From Spirogloea muscicola (lineage: Eukaryota), in assembly GCA_009602725.1 (NCBI GenBank), contig WELB01000012.1:342250-406249 (forward strand): a stretch of DNA of 64,000 bases, given 5' to 3'. The notes under the pieces are model-generated. The model made no database searches, was not told the DNA's origin, and saw only the letters and a program-made list of their open reading frames with translations. The position numbers were made by a program, and so were the translations under genes. Shown piece after piece: positions 31,623-45,500 of this stretch (the first letter of the stretch is position 1; the number at the start of each line of letters is the position of its first letter).

Positions 31623-33078
31623 TTCGCCCATTCTTTTTGGGCTGGCCTTACCCAGCCCCTATGTTCTGTGGGAGAGCACTTTGCTACTTGATTGATCGCC
31701 GTCTCTGCCAGAACATCCTATGGTCAAGAGATATTTAAGTCTGCCTTCACGTGGCGTGCTGCTGGCTTGTCTTTCCCTCCGTTTGCAATCGCTTGTGTCA
31801 ACACCATAAGATTTGGCAAAACAGAATGATGAACAAACCAGATCTTTTTTCATAATGAAAGAATGGACACCTGAACTTTCTTCAAAAGAAGCTTTGAGAG
31901 TTTCTTTAACAGCAGGTGCAGGCCAATGATATGAAGTCCTGGTCGTAGAAGTGGAAGTGGAAGTTCACACCAAAGGAGACGATGGCCGGTGAGATGCCAG
32001 CTCAAGGAACACTGGAGGCGTCGAAGGGAGTCCGCAGTGGTGGGGGGGGCCGTGCCTTGCCGTCACAACGAGGTGTTGCAAAGCTGTGATATGAACGAGA
32101 CATGAAGCTCTCTTTAAAGGCTGGCCTCATCGCCCTTTAGTAGAAATTCTGTTTCTGTTACCTTAGCCACTGGTTTATTCATCTTTGTTCTTCTTGTACA
32201 CATTGTTCTTCTTACACACAGTGCTTTGCCTCCCCTTCATCCCATATGCTCCGCGTGCATACTCTCAATGGGCTACCTATGTGGAAAGTTTGTCGATACC
32301 CAAGTCCCCCTTCGATTTGTGCTTTCGCCCTGTTATCTTAGCCCCTCTCTTGTACTTATTTTGTGATCCCTTCGGACCTTGTCCACCCTCTTTTTGGCTG
32401 GCCTATCCCATCCATCGTCCCTTCTTGTACATTCCTTTAGGCTGGCCTCTCACAGTAATTGCCATAACTTGGAAGCTCTTTTTCTGGGAAGAACTACTTT
32501 CTGAAGGAGTAGGAAAGCCCTGAGCCGCTTGGAAGAGAGAAGTGACCTCTTAGCAAAGGGCTTCTTCAGACAAAAATGTGACTGCTGGTATTGAGCTGCT
32601 GTAATAGCAGCCAGGTGCATACAGAGGGTGTTCATGACTATATTAGCGGAGCCACAGGCTAGGCAAACAGGGCGCTCTTAGTACCCTCGTGTCAGCAGTA
32701 GGAAGTCAGATGAGCTGAGGGGAGTACGAGCAAGCCCGACAACAGCTCTTCCGTAAGAAGGCAATGGCTGTGAGAGGCCAGCCCAAGGGATTGTACAAGG
32801 GCCGAAAGGCGTCGAAATTGCATAGTCTATGCAAGAGGCTACTGCGGATGTGAGCTTAGTAACCCCGAGTCAGCAGCCGCAAGTCGGAGTAACTTGGCAA
32901 AGGGCTTCGCTCTGTGATGCCCGTTTCTTTGCACTACGCCTGAGTGCTGGCGCGGCTTGGCTTGTTATTTCATGCGCACCGCACGCCTGAACTCTCTATG
33001 CGAGGATGCAGGCGCTGGCTGTGAAAGCATTGGCTGTCCACTCTTTTCGGGCTGGCTTTTCACATCCCTCGCCCCCTT
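31623..33078. repeat. Cluster 3 of the dispersed repeat family, in the hypothetical-gene/VPS13 divergent promoter
   Basis: Cores ~31623-31680 (-), 32379-32423 (-, degenerate), 32424-32463 (-), 32760-32799 (+) and 33035-33078 (-); shared motif 32608-32654. Confidence 0.8.
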
Positions 33079-33583
33079 TAGATGATGATGAGGTTACTGT
33101 TTCTGGCTGTGAAAGAGGAAGGGGAAATGGAGTGTGTATAAAGTGGTAGAGCGCCTGAGTGGCCAAGTACAAAGGCAAGGACACTGACAGATGTACATCA
33201 CCTGCTACTAAGCTGACCCGCTCAGTAACCACGGCTGTGAGACGTACAGTACTGGGCGAGACGTTCTCTCCGTCTACGGCGCAGCATGGTCCCCCCACGG
33301 TGACAGTGCCCTTCCATCGCTGACCAGCGACTGCAGACGCCCACGCCCTCCTCTGCGGCGGCCCCAGGCGCGGTCGCCGCCGCTGCCGCCTATCGGCTCA
33401 GCGGCAGGCCGCGTCGCTCACGAGAGCCAACGCAGGCCTTCCCTTCAGGCCCTGGCGCTAGCAGGCTGCGCGGCCGACAATACGGCGCCTGCAGCGGTCA
33501 ATTGTCCCAGCGTCCTCGACCGCTCCTCCCTCTCGGGCACAGCTGCCAGCGCCATGGGCCGAGGCCAGCGCTAGCCGACGACG

Positions 33584-36500
33584 ATGTTAGAGGAGAGGGT
33601 CGCGGAGATACTGCAGAGGTACCTCGGGGACTATGTCCAGGGCCTCTCCAAGGATGCTCTTAAGATCAGCGTATGGCGAGGCAAGTTCCACCAGAAGCCC
33701 TTGAGGAACAGCTGCAAGTAGCCTCCTGTACTGAAGGCCTCCTTGCTCAGTCGTCCCTCTGTTGCCTGCTGCAGACCATGCTTAAGCAATTTGACATGAT
33801 TATTTCAGGGGATTTGGAGCTCCAGAACATGCAGCTGAAACCCGAGGCCCTCAATGCTTTGAAGCTGCCACTCAAAGTCAAGGCTGGCTTCCTGGGCTCC
33901 ATCAAGCTGAGGGTGCGCACTATGACAGCGCGCATGCAAGCGAGTGTAACAATGAGCAGAATGAAAGGATAGCAGTGCTGTCAAGTAGGATGCATGAGCA
34001 TCTGGCAACGTGGCTTCCTTCGCCTGTATTCCTCAGGGTGACTTTAAGGTTGTGCACGTGCCTATGAGTGAGGCTTGTGCACCGCACTTTGTCAGTCGCT
34101 ACCAGCTGGAGAGAGACAGAATGAACAGACATAGAGGTGGTGATAAGGTCCGTTGAACTGTAAAAGTGCTCTGCAGCAAGCAGTGTCTAATAGCTACTAG
34201 CTCCTTGTCTTGGTCGCATGCTCCAACTTATATAGAGCTTAGCTGTTTTCCACTGTCCTGCTACAGGTGCCTTGGAATCGACTAGGGAGGGAACCTGTGA
34301 TAGTCATCCTAGACCAGATCTTCATACTCGCACAGCCTCTTGTTAGTGCAGAGTATGGACAGGATGTCAGTGATGAGAGCCTGTTTGAGGCAAAGCAGCG
34401 CCACATTAAGGTCCCTCCTGCCCGTGACTCCTGGCTATCTCTGTGATGCTCAAAGCCTGGTCAATATGGAGTCGCAGACCATGATGCTTAATTCCAGATC
34501 AGGCGAAGTTTGTGCCAGCCTGACATCGGCTCAAGGAGTGTATGCTAGGCTTGGAACCAATGCCGCTTGCATGTGCCTCTCTGTCTTGGCTGCAGTTAAT
34601 TTGGATATTGCCTGTATCAGACATCAAATTGGCAAGGAGCTCTCCATCTTGTAACACTCTACTTACATGCTTGATTGACAGGAGGCGGAAGAATCTCTAG
34701 TAGAGAGCCAGAAGGACAAGATGAACGACGCAGAGGTACACTGCTTGCCAAGAGTGCCTTCTTCAGATATTAGGCTGCTTGAAGCAAAGGAAAGGCATAT
34801 AAACCATAGCGTGCACATGACAAACAAGTGAGCAACATTTTGTGGAATAACAGAGCAGTTCTGCTTCTTAGGTAGGCCAATGACATAGGGATGATATTAT
34901 AAGCATGTTACAAGTATGTGTCCAAGATGAATTTTGATATCTGGTGATGCGCCAAGCTGGTGCATGTGTAGTGATGAGATTTTGCTATCAATTGTATTTT
35001 GTAGCAAGCCAAAGACACCTCGTGGCTAGGACAGCTCATTGGAACAGTGATAGGTAATTTGAAGCTGAGCATTACCAACATTCATATCCGATATGAAGAT
35101 GATGTCAGGTGAGTGTGCCTTTGCTGATCTTGGCATTGTCACCGATGATTGCTGGTGCTAAGCTTGTAGTAGAGTGAGCTCCTTGTAGTAGAGTGAGCTC
35201 GTCCTCTCCTGCTTCAAGTCTGGCTGTCATGTCAGACAGGAAATGATTTTCAGGTGTTGCGAAGCACGTTCTCAGCTCATTCATTGCGAAGCACCTGCAC
35301 AGCTCATTTGCCAAATTCGATTGCATCAAACAGCTTCCCAGGGCACCCTCTGGCTGCTGGTTTGACTCTGGAGAGATTGGCAGCAGCAACCATCGATGAG
35401 GAGGGCAACGAGACGTTCGTCGCACATGGAGCCATGGAACGTGTGCGGAAGGTATCCAACAAAACTATCGTCACACTGTTTGGACTTTTCTGGTACTTGG
35501 GTTGTTTCCTTTGCTCTCTGGTGGGCAGTCTGGTCTAGGCCAGCAATTGTGCATACTTCTCAAAACATTCGATTCCTGCTTCTGTGTTTGCTTCTGTATT
35601 CGTAGTGAAGTTGACAGTAGTGAATGCTTTTGAGGGTTTTTGTGTGCAGGCTTTAGCTCTCCAAAGGTTGGCCATTTACTTTGATTCTGATACCTCTCTA
35701 TTTGAGGTTGACAAACCATGGCAACAGTTGGGTAAAGAGGCCTGGAGCGAGGTTCGCTCGTGATCTCTTCCTTGATAACATATAGCATGACCCAAGGAAT
35801 CGCAAGGCGCTGCCTTGCAATCCCTTGAATATTACCTTGTTCTGGCATAGCCATCAGTGCATCTCAATTGTGCAGGCAAAAGTCACTCAGAACGTTGCCT
35901 GGTTTTCTGCTTGCGTACTGAGACTTTCACCAAGGATGCTCACAGATCTTTGAGCCAGGCATCAAGAAGAGCCCTGATGACCTTTTTGAAACCGAAGACC
36001 AAGAGGTTGCCAAGCAAAAGCTGGACAGACACTACATCCTCGAGCCTATCAACGGAGCAGCTGAGTACTTCCGAAGAGGAAAAGCTGAGCAGAGAAGACC
36101 TGACAGTCCTCTTCAAAGTATTGATGTCAAACTCGAGGATGTTACTCTGAGTATGTCAGAGGTATATTTGAGCAACTTAACACCATTGGAGCTTGGTCAC
36201 TTATATGCTGCTATAGAGCTTCAGCTACAGCGTCAGCACGAACTTTCTTTGCAACTGAGCCTAGTCATCTGAAATTTAGGTTGAAGTTGTCTGGACCTAT
36301 CTGACGCTCGATAAGGTTTTCTTCTTACTGCCCCTCATGCTTCATTGCAGAGTCAGTACAGGGACACTTTGGTCCTTGCTGACAATCTGTCAGCATTTAA
36401 CAAGCGAATGAAGCATGCTCATATCAGGCCAGCTAATTCAATACACACAAGCCCTCAGCTCTGGTGGAAGTATGCTCTGAGGGCCAGTTTGGAGAGGCGG

Positions 36501-39500
36501 GGCAAATACAGGTGGGTTTGGTGGCTACCTGTTGGTGACTATGTTGCTTACTTTGGTATCTCATGTCAGCTGCTTGTCTGCAGTAGATTAAGAATCAGCT
36601 AGATATTGATATGCAGTGCATGGTCTTGCACAGGGGTTCATTGGCATGGAAGCATCTTTTGGAAGCTGCACGTATGCGTCGGAGATATTTGGAGCTTTAT
36701 GTCTCACTTCTGCAGGCCCGTCCAGGCAAGGTGTCCATCAACAACAACGAGGAGATCCAGGCCATGGACAAAGTCCTGGACACTGATGTGATTATAATGT
36801 GGCGGTGGGTTCAGCTCTTGCCTTGTATCAGCAGCATCATTCTTCATCCTACCATTTGGCTTCTGTCAGTTGCAAGCTTCCACTGAAGGATTTTAGCGCA
36901 GCTTCTGCACGTTATAATTTCTTTTCATACAATCTATGGCAAGAGGGTGGTATTTACTTCTTCATTTGGATTTGCAGCATGCTGGCCCACAACTTTGTCA
37001 CTACGGGCCAAGGAGAGCATGAGCGACCAGAATCTCGCAAGTCGTGGTGGTTGTTCAAGAGGTGGGCTCTTTTACGTGGGGATACATGCAGCACGCGCAA
37101 CCAGAAAAACATATCAAGTTTTGTGCTCAATTGATATGTATTGATGGAATCTGGTTGTGGAGGTCAGCCTATCAAGGCTGTGTCTCCTGTCAAGCTTACA
37201 TTAACAATTCTCTGCTCATAGCTGAGTACCTTAGACAATAAGAGGACACGTCTTGCATTAGAGTCGTCGCTCTAGTAACGCTTCGTGCTCGCAAATATCT
37301 GACTGTGCTATGGAATACAGGAGGAGATCGTCTGACGTGGACAGAGAGGCGCAGAGTCTTACTGGCGCTGACTGGGCCAGGCTGAATGATGCTATTGGCT
37401 ATGAACCTGGCATGGGGAACCCACTGGTACCTGGGCAAGAACCTTCACATATGCTCCATACGCATCTCACAATCAGAATGATGCGTAACTCATCAAGGCT
37501 TGATCATCAAGATGGTGCTCTTATAGCGGAGTTGGAAAGCCACAACCTTCAAGTTGATGTTGATGTGTTCCCAAAGACCCTGGCCTACACAATAACGTTG
37601 GGCTCCTACGGCATAGCTACCCCAGAAGGCATGCTTGCTCAGGTACGTTGTTATGTAATATTTTGTGATCGTGGTATGGGTTTGCATTCAACCATTGCAA
37701 AAATGCTTGCAACATAATCTGCTACCCCTATAGCTAATAGCCTTGGCCTGGCAAATACAGTGCCAAGCTATAGCCTGTTGTTGCTCAGTGACTACAGAGT
37801 GAAAAATTGATGGAGCTAGGCAGTTCCGTCCGTGCCACATTTACATACAAGCCGCATGATTCAGACTACCTCTGGATCTTGGAGGGTAAAGCAGCCCCCG
37901 TTCATGCCACGGTATGTACATCTCTGGACAATGGTGCTGTCATCCTCTTGTTCCCTTCTCGTATATGTGCTACTTAGGGCAAGGCAAGTACTTCAGGTAA
38001 GACTCAAGAGATGTGAAGTGGAATTTTAAATTTGCTCTTTCCTTTGCCTGTTGTTGCTGCAGTTGTGGACGTCCAGTCTGAACAGGGTACAGGAATTTTT
38101 CCAGAGCAAAAAGGCTGTTAGCCGTGCCCTTGCTTTGAGTACAACAGCTGCTCTGCAGGTACGAGGCAATGGTAGTCCTGATTTGCTAGCTGTTGATAAC
38201 CATATTATAAGGGATTGCACCTACTGGTGGAAAGCTAAGGGATTCTAACTAGCTCTCAGAGAGGTGGTGCTGGCGGCAGGCTTACTTCTCTTGGATCGTT
38301 GCTAGTTTCTTGGATAATCACGCTATGATCACCATCTGACAGAAGCAGTAGGTGTAGAGAAGAGGCAATGTCTCAGGCTGATGCAGAGTGCATTCACTCG
38401 TAAGCATGCGCAGTCAACACTGGACGAGGTAGCTAGATCTGCCCAGAAGAAGCTGAGTAGGACCCTGAAGGATCGACCTAAGTATACCCTGAACCCCTTC
38501 TTTCAAATTGAATACTGTGTCTGTAACGTACTGAATTGCCATACTTACTGAATCACTGCAATCAATGTGCCTCGGCTATTGCATCAGGATGTCTGACATC
38601 TGATAAGAAACACATGCTGAGCCATCCTGTCCATCCTGTTGATGACACTCATGCAGTTGTGTACCTTCTCTTGTGGTCCTTTGTGCAGATTTAGCATAGA
38701 CCTTGATATTGCTGCTCCCAAGGTTGCCATACCCACAAGTTTTAAGGCTGATGGCAAGCATGAAATGGCCCTTCTTTTGGATTTTGGGAATTTTCTGCTC
38801 CAGACTGACAATGTGATCTTTTTGGCTATTTTACTCTTTTGCTATTCACCTATTACTTCTTGCTTGATAAAGACTGATCTTGGCGCGTATGAAGTTGAAG
38901 CAAGCTCAATATGATGAACCTTGTACATAATCACAGCATATGACCAGGAAGATGATTGTCATGCAGGATGCACCCTCAAGAGCCACATCAGATGAAGAGT
39001 TGAGACTCTACATGTCGTTCAAGCTCTCAGCTTCTGACATTTCAGCAACTCTGGTAGACGGCCATTATGATTGGTCACTCCTGCCTGAAGAAAATCAAGA
39101 GAGAGATCGAGATGGCTTGTCCAGCAGCTCTGCTGCTGATTCTACCAGATTCCTCCCGCTCCTTGATAAATGTGGAACGAACATAGCCCTTCAGCAGGTG
39201 CTTACCAACTGCTACTGCTGACTGGCTTGCAGTCACTGGATTGGATATGACTTTGCATACGACTTGACACATAGTCAACAGCAGCATCTCTGCTGCCATT
39301 GCTTTCTCTGCAAGGCATCGATAGGTATCAGCAACTGAGATCTGCTGCTCCTCATCTGCGATATACAGATTTGCATTCCTCACCAACAGTATCCTACAAC
39401 TCGGGCTGCTGTGCTATTGCCCAAGCTGGGTTTCCACTTCTCGCCTGGACGATATCACCGTCTCATGGCCGTCGTCAAAGCACTTGAAGGTGATATTGCT

Positions 39501-42500
39501 GCAGTTCGTGGAGAGAATGTTGTCACTCCTTGGAAGCCCGCTGACTTTGAAGGGGAGTTGGACGTTCTCACTTGGGGGGTACGTCACGTGGCTTCAGTGA
39601 TCACACCAGCCAACCATTGGCTTCAGCAAGCATGCGCAGAGCTACACATTAACCTGCTTAAACAATGCTACTTCAAGTGCCTACTTTACCTAGATGCAAT
39701 CAACGTTGTAGATTGTGTGCCACAGACTTTGATATAGCTTCTGCCCCTTTCATTGACAACTCCCAGAGTAGAGCAGCTACATGGCAACATCGGTATGGGG
39801 CATTGGCCGGACCTTTCTTGTACCTGCTTGATTTTCCAGAGGCAAGCACTTACAAGCACCGCACACGGTAAGATGATTTTGCAGCATAGAAGGTCACATT
39901 GTGTGCACCTCTGCAAGTCTTGGAGCCACAACAGCACACATAAGGTGCCTTGCATAATCTAAGAGCGAGCATTTTATCTTGCAGGCTTCAGGGCAAACAG
40001 GTTGTCAATGTCCCCCCTGATGCTGTTGGAGGGGAGAGTCATGTGCTGGCAATCTGCGACAGCAACGGGGCCAGCTTCAAGGTGCAGCCATGTCAATGTT
40101 GTGATGCTACTGAGAGCGCTTCAAGTGTCCCATATACTTGGTAACAATAATCTCATACCTATCTTGTTGTCAACAACTGTGTAGGTAAGCGAGTCCCTCA
40201 ATGGCGTGCTTTTACGCTTCGGCGACAACGCAAGCAAGCTGTCTTGGAAAGAACGAATGACTAGCGCCATATATCTCACATCGGTGAGAACAGACTCCTC
40301 AGATCGCTGATGCTAGATTGATCTAGTGTAGTGAGGTGGTAAGCACGTACTGCGAGATGCATCTGTTTATATAAAGAGTGGGCTGACATTGTATCTATAT
40401 CTCTTGTTGACCTGATGTGCTGACCAGTGGCTGCACTGCGATCTCAGGGAAGAAGTAGATCAATCAAGCGGAAATTGCCGCCTTGTCTTGACAATAGATG
40501 CTTCCTCTTAGAGGGCGTAGGCACTTATGCAGTGTGTCATTTGACTGAATATTGCAGCTACCTGCAGCAGTTGCAGCTGCCGACCACAATGACGACACTA
40601 AGGATGCCCTGCAGAAGGCAACTGATGGTAGCGAGCAACTGCAACCAGCTGCTCTTGACAAGTTTTTTCTCACTGGCATCCTGGAAGAGCTGACCATCAC
40701 AGTTGGTCGAGCTGTAAGTCCTCTCGTGTCTTTCAGTCCAGGTGGTTAAGACCGATAAGTGGATTTGACAGTTCATAGCTGTGTCAAATTCGTGGGTACA
40801 GGAAGCTAATGAATGTTGTACAGATGATCTTTTTTGATAGCACCAAAAGTTGGTTCCGCACTCTCTGTCCTTTCCTGCTGATTGTCCTTTATGAGCTGCA
40901 GGTGGACGCAAGCTCCAAAACTTGGTTAGTAGATGAAGAGATTGATCTCCTTCAGCTCCATGCTGTCGGTGGGAAGGTAAGTCATGACAAGAGCTTGCAA
41001 AGCCAGTTGCATACCATACTAAATTCTACCTATAAGACTTGGTGCTTTGTGTTGGGCCCGGTAGACCTCCCCTCTCAAATTCAGCTTTCTCAACAACAGG
41101 GCACGTACTGAAATGAGGGGAACACACACACTTTTGTTCGCAAACTTCTATACCGCTGCCTGACTAATTAAGCTGGAAAACCGGAGACGTTCTACTTCTT
41201 AAGTGGTGATAAGTTGTTCGAGGATGTACAGGTGGAGCTTTTGTACAGGGAATTTGATCTCTCAGTTGGGGCCACGCTCCAGTCTGTTGACATCGAAGAC
41301 AGACTTTGCAGCCATCTGGGACCTGCATGCAGATTCATTGCTAGGTCGTACCTTGTATCACCCGTCCTCACGGCAAATGAGTATCGCAGTTTAACTCATA
41401 CCGAGCTTGAAAGCCCTGCCAGTCGTCAGAACAGCACAGGCCCAAACTTACTCTCAAGGCGAAGTACCAGTCTTGGCATCCCAAGCAGAGCAGAGAGTGG
41501 TGGATCCTACTTTGACGCTTTTGCAGAATTTCAGGATGTTGAAGAGGTTGAGGAGGTTGCAGAAAGCATCAACAATGATGCGGACAACCCCTTGCACCAG
41601 AACACCTCATACCACCTACCAGAAATAATTCCTTCTACCTCTGAGGCTGTGCTTTCTGCCCCGGATGAGGTTGATGACCAAGTAGAGGAGAATGGCACAA
41701 AGCTTGGTCTGTCAAGGCAACGCTCGAGAGACAGGCATGGATTGGGGAGGGGTCCACGTCTTCCCGGAAGGAGGATGGAGCACCCTCTCCAGAGGCTGCC
41801 GTCAGTATATCACGAAGTACCTGAGCAGATTGTTAAACAGGATCCAAAATCAGAGCCCCCTCCCTTTGTGAGGCAACTGGGCCTACTTCTTGACAAACAT
41901 GCTTCAAGGGATGAAGAGGGTATAGACAGCTGCAAGAATTTCATCAAAGTACAATATGTGCGATACTATCAGGAGTCCCCTGATTATGACAACGTGGATA
42001 AGAAGGTATATATCTATATCTCCCTGTCACATATGCCGGCGTCACTAAGATGTCGGATCAGGCATGCAGGCAATTCACTTGGATCTGAGATTCTGCATCT
42101 GCTCAAGAAGCCAGTATTATCTCAATTTATTTCTGAGCTCTCACCAGCAAGACTGAATCAGGTTGTGATGTTGACGCAGTTGCGCTTGCGATTGGCTACC
42201 CTTTCGTTTTTCATCAATCGCCCAACTGTGATTGCTTTGATGGATCTTATTTCTGATGTGACACGGGAGCCCGATGTGCCTGGCCAAGCTTCTACAGATG
42301 ACGATGCGAGGGACTCAGATCACGTTGTTAGTATGTTGAAGTCCAAGAGTGGCAATGACACTGAAGACGAAGAAGCTGACACCAGTAGTAGAGGCACAAT
42401 GGAACCAGAGGAGGAGACTGGCAGCAAAGGGCATGGAAATGCTGGACATGCTGCAGCCAAGCTTGAGGTGGCCCGGGAGCAGGTTGTGCAGGGGCTGGTG

Positions 42501-45500
42501 GGGAAGGGGAGAAATCATGTCACCTTAGATCTACTTCTTGACATGGATCGTACGCAGTTCATATTGAACAAAGAGGATGGCTTGCAAATGGCTTTATTAG
42601 CTCAGGAGCGAATCCTTACTGAAGTAAAGGTTAGCCGTTCGGTGCCCACTGAGAAGCTTTAAGCAAGCAAGACAGCAAGCTTGTATTACTGAGCAGATGA
42701 GATGCCAGGTTTTGTGACAGGCCGCATGGCTACAAGCATTCCTCTCTTTTCAGCAGAGGGCGCCTGTATGATGTATATGTAGCAAGTTGTTGCTCCTGAT
42801 AAGCCCTCCAACTGCTCCTCAACTTTTTTGTGTTGGCATCGGCAGGTATATCCAGCTACATTCTGGCTTCAAGCTAATATAGGTAATCTTCGGATCTGTG
42901 ACTTAACACTTGGTGAGGGCCACCCAAATGCGTGGCTTTGTGACACCAGAGATACTGGGAGCAAGTCCTTTGTTGAGGTATAGCAACTGCCTCTATACCT
43001 GCCGTTCTACAGTGCATCAGTGCTTAATATCCAGCATTGAAGCCCATGTTTTCCTCCTTTCACAGAACAGCATATATGCCTTCAACGCATGACCCTGACT
43101 TGCAGCACGCTGTCATGCTTGTTGGCTCCTTTGTGCAGTTAGAGGTAGCTGCATACGACAAAGAGTCCGACAGCTATGCAGGATACGATTACAGTGTGGA
43201 TGCGCGCCTTGCTCAAGTCCGCATTGTTTTGCTTTATCGTTTCATCCAGGAGGTCAGTGACTCCCTTGATATGTCTCCCTCTTGGGGCAGTGTCTGCATC
43301 TTCTCTAACAAATTGGATTAGTAGAAGAATGATTCTTCCCTCACAGTTGCGCTGTGATCAACCCCTTCGTTAAGCAGCTGAAGATGAACGCTCCTGTCAT
43401 TGACATTGCAGTTGATTGGTTACTTTAATGGGCTGGCTCCACAAGATCCTGGACAGCTTGTAGCTCTAAGGGAGGGTGTCAGTGAGGTGGAGAGATTTTT
43501 TACACAATCAGAGATTGAAGGAATGAAAGCCATTAAACTGGACCTAAGATTTGAGAAACCAGTTCTCATAGTTCCACTTGACTCCAACAGCCCCGAGTAA
43601 GACTTGTCAAGCTGATAGGGCACTCACTGTAGGCTCAGCTTCTAGCTCTGATTTCCTGAGCATCCATTTCCCACTTACCACATTCACAGCTATCACACCA
43701 CCATCTTTCTCGAGTTTTCTCGAGTAACTCAGATGCTGATGATTTTATGGATTTAAGCCTCAAATGTTACTGCTTCTGCAGCTACCTGGAATTTTACATG
43801 CAAAGGACACATGTGTCCAACTCATTTCAGTGGCTGCATGGTGGAGAGGATGAGCCTTCTGCTGTCCACATGGAGACGACCTTTGTACAGGCATGCTTAT
43901 CAAATTTCATCTGTGCAATGTCGTGCATTCATTACTTTGTCATTGAACAATCAGGGCCTTTGTGTTTCCCACTAATGTTCTCGGTGCTCTTGCAGGTCAA
44001 GGATATACACCTTGCTGTTGGCGTCGATGGGAAGTCTGGACCAGGCATTATACAGCAGATTGGAGGCATTGACATCAAATTCCGCAGACCTTTACGAGAT
44101 CTTTGGCATACTTATGCAGCATTTGAAGTGCTCGTAAAGGTGATGTCAAGCCCAGACCTACTTGGATCGGGAATCCTGAAAGATCAGCCAGAGATCAGCG
44201 TTCAGCCTCTTGACTATTTTTGGTAGGTTAGCTATTGACACTCTGGCAAAGGTTGTTATGCTACATGACAGTTGCACCATTCAGCATGTTCAATCAGCAT
44301 GTTCTCCGCTCCTTATGGGTGCTGACAGTTGTTTCAGTTACAAACTGCAGCTGGACAAGCTGCATGCAGCTATGTCAGACAAAGAGTGTGAGGTTATAGC
44401 TGAGTGCGCCACATCCAACTTCTCGGAGCCTGCACATCTGCCACCTCCTGTCAACCGGCAGCCTCAGCAGCCAGTCCAGCCCGACAGTTGCAAGGAGGCA
44501 GAATCAGAAGCCACCTGCACAAGGGAAGAGGGGCCTCCTGATCTGGCTGAGAAAGCTGTCACAGTTGTCTTCAAGGTTCGAGCGGACCTGGTGAATGCCC
44601 AGCTGGGGCTTTACACTGGAGATAACAGAAACTCGAAGCTAGCATTTATGCAAGTGAGTAGCTTGCAAGCAGGTCACAGGATCTAATGTATACACGTCAA
44701 GCTTTCTGTCTTCACGCATCTCCTTGCACTTTCATAATGCATTAAAAATCAGCTGCTCCTGAGTCAGGCCATCTGGATTTGTGTCCTGGGTGCGCTGCCG
44801 CGGACAAGTGTTGACGCTGCTGCTAGGTGACAGTCAGTTGACATGCTCTTTCCTGAGCCTTTGCAATTGCCTTGCATGTTGTTGTGCAGTTGCAAGGATT
44901 TTGGCTTGGTTACCACTCAAATTCTAAGCAAGAGCAGCATATTATGGCCACCATCCCTCGATTCTTCATTAAGGTAGCCAAGTACAACCTCATCAATGGC
45001 AGTGTACTTCACTTCGAACATTCACAATTCTCTCTTCACAGGAGATGAATTACACTCGTTTGCAGCTTCAGCATCAGGCATTGGCATGTCCTCGTTCTGC
45101 AAGGATCAGTCAGTGGTGTAGCTGGTTAACTGAAGTTTGAGTACATGTAATTTGAGCATATTTGAGGCCCTGGTCCCTTTGCACGGTTGCAGGATGGTCG
45201 ACCAGGCATACCGATGGAGTTGCGATATATTCTTGGCAATGCTGACGAGGTTGAGAGCATTACCAACACAGATACAAAGTCAGCCGCAGGAGCAAACAGC
45301 AACAGCAGCCAGACCACTCCATCTCAGAAGCTGATTGTCACGAAGGCCCTCAGCGGGCCTACACTTACAATGCTTGTTGTGGATGCCAAACTTGGACCTA
45401 GACTTACGAGCATTTCATTGCGCATGCAACGTCCAAGGTTGCTTGTAGCGGTTGACTTTCTTGTAGCCATTGGCGAGTTCTTCGTCCCATCGCTTGGGGC

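Noticed and set aside
31700..32350. Possible transposase remnant between the repeat cores of cluster 3
   Set aside because: The frames I translated are short and show no DDE, RT or HUH motif I recognise; a BLASTX search would be needed to exclude it fully.
43885..43995. Fourth GC-AG intron in VPS13 (CAG|GCATGC at 43891)
   Set aside because: An in-phase GT donor at 43885 is equally possible; unresolved.
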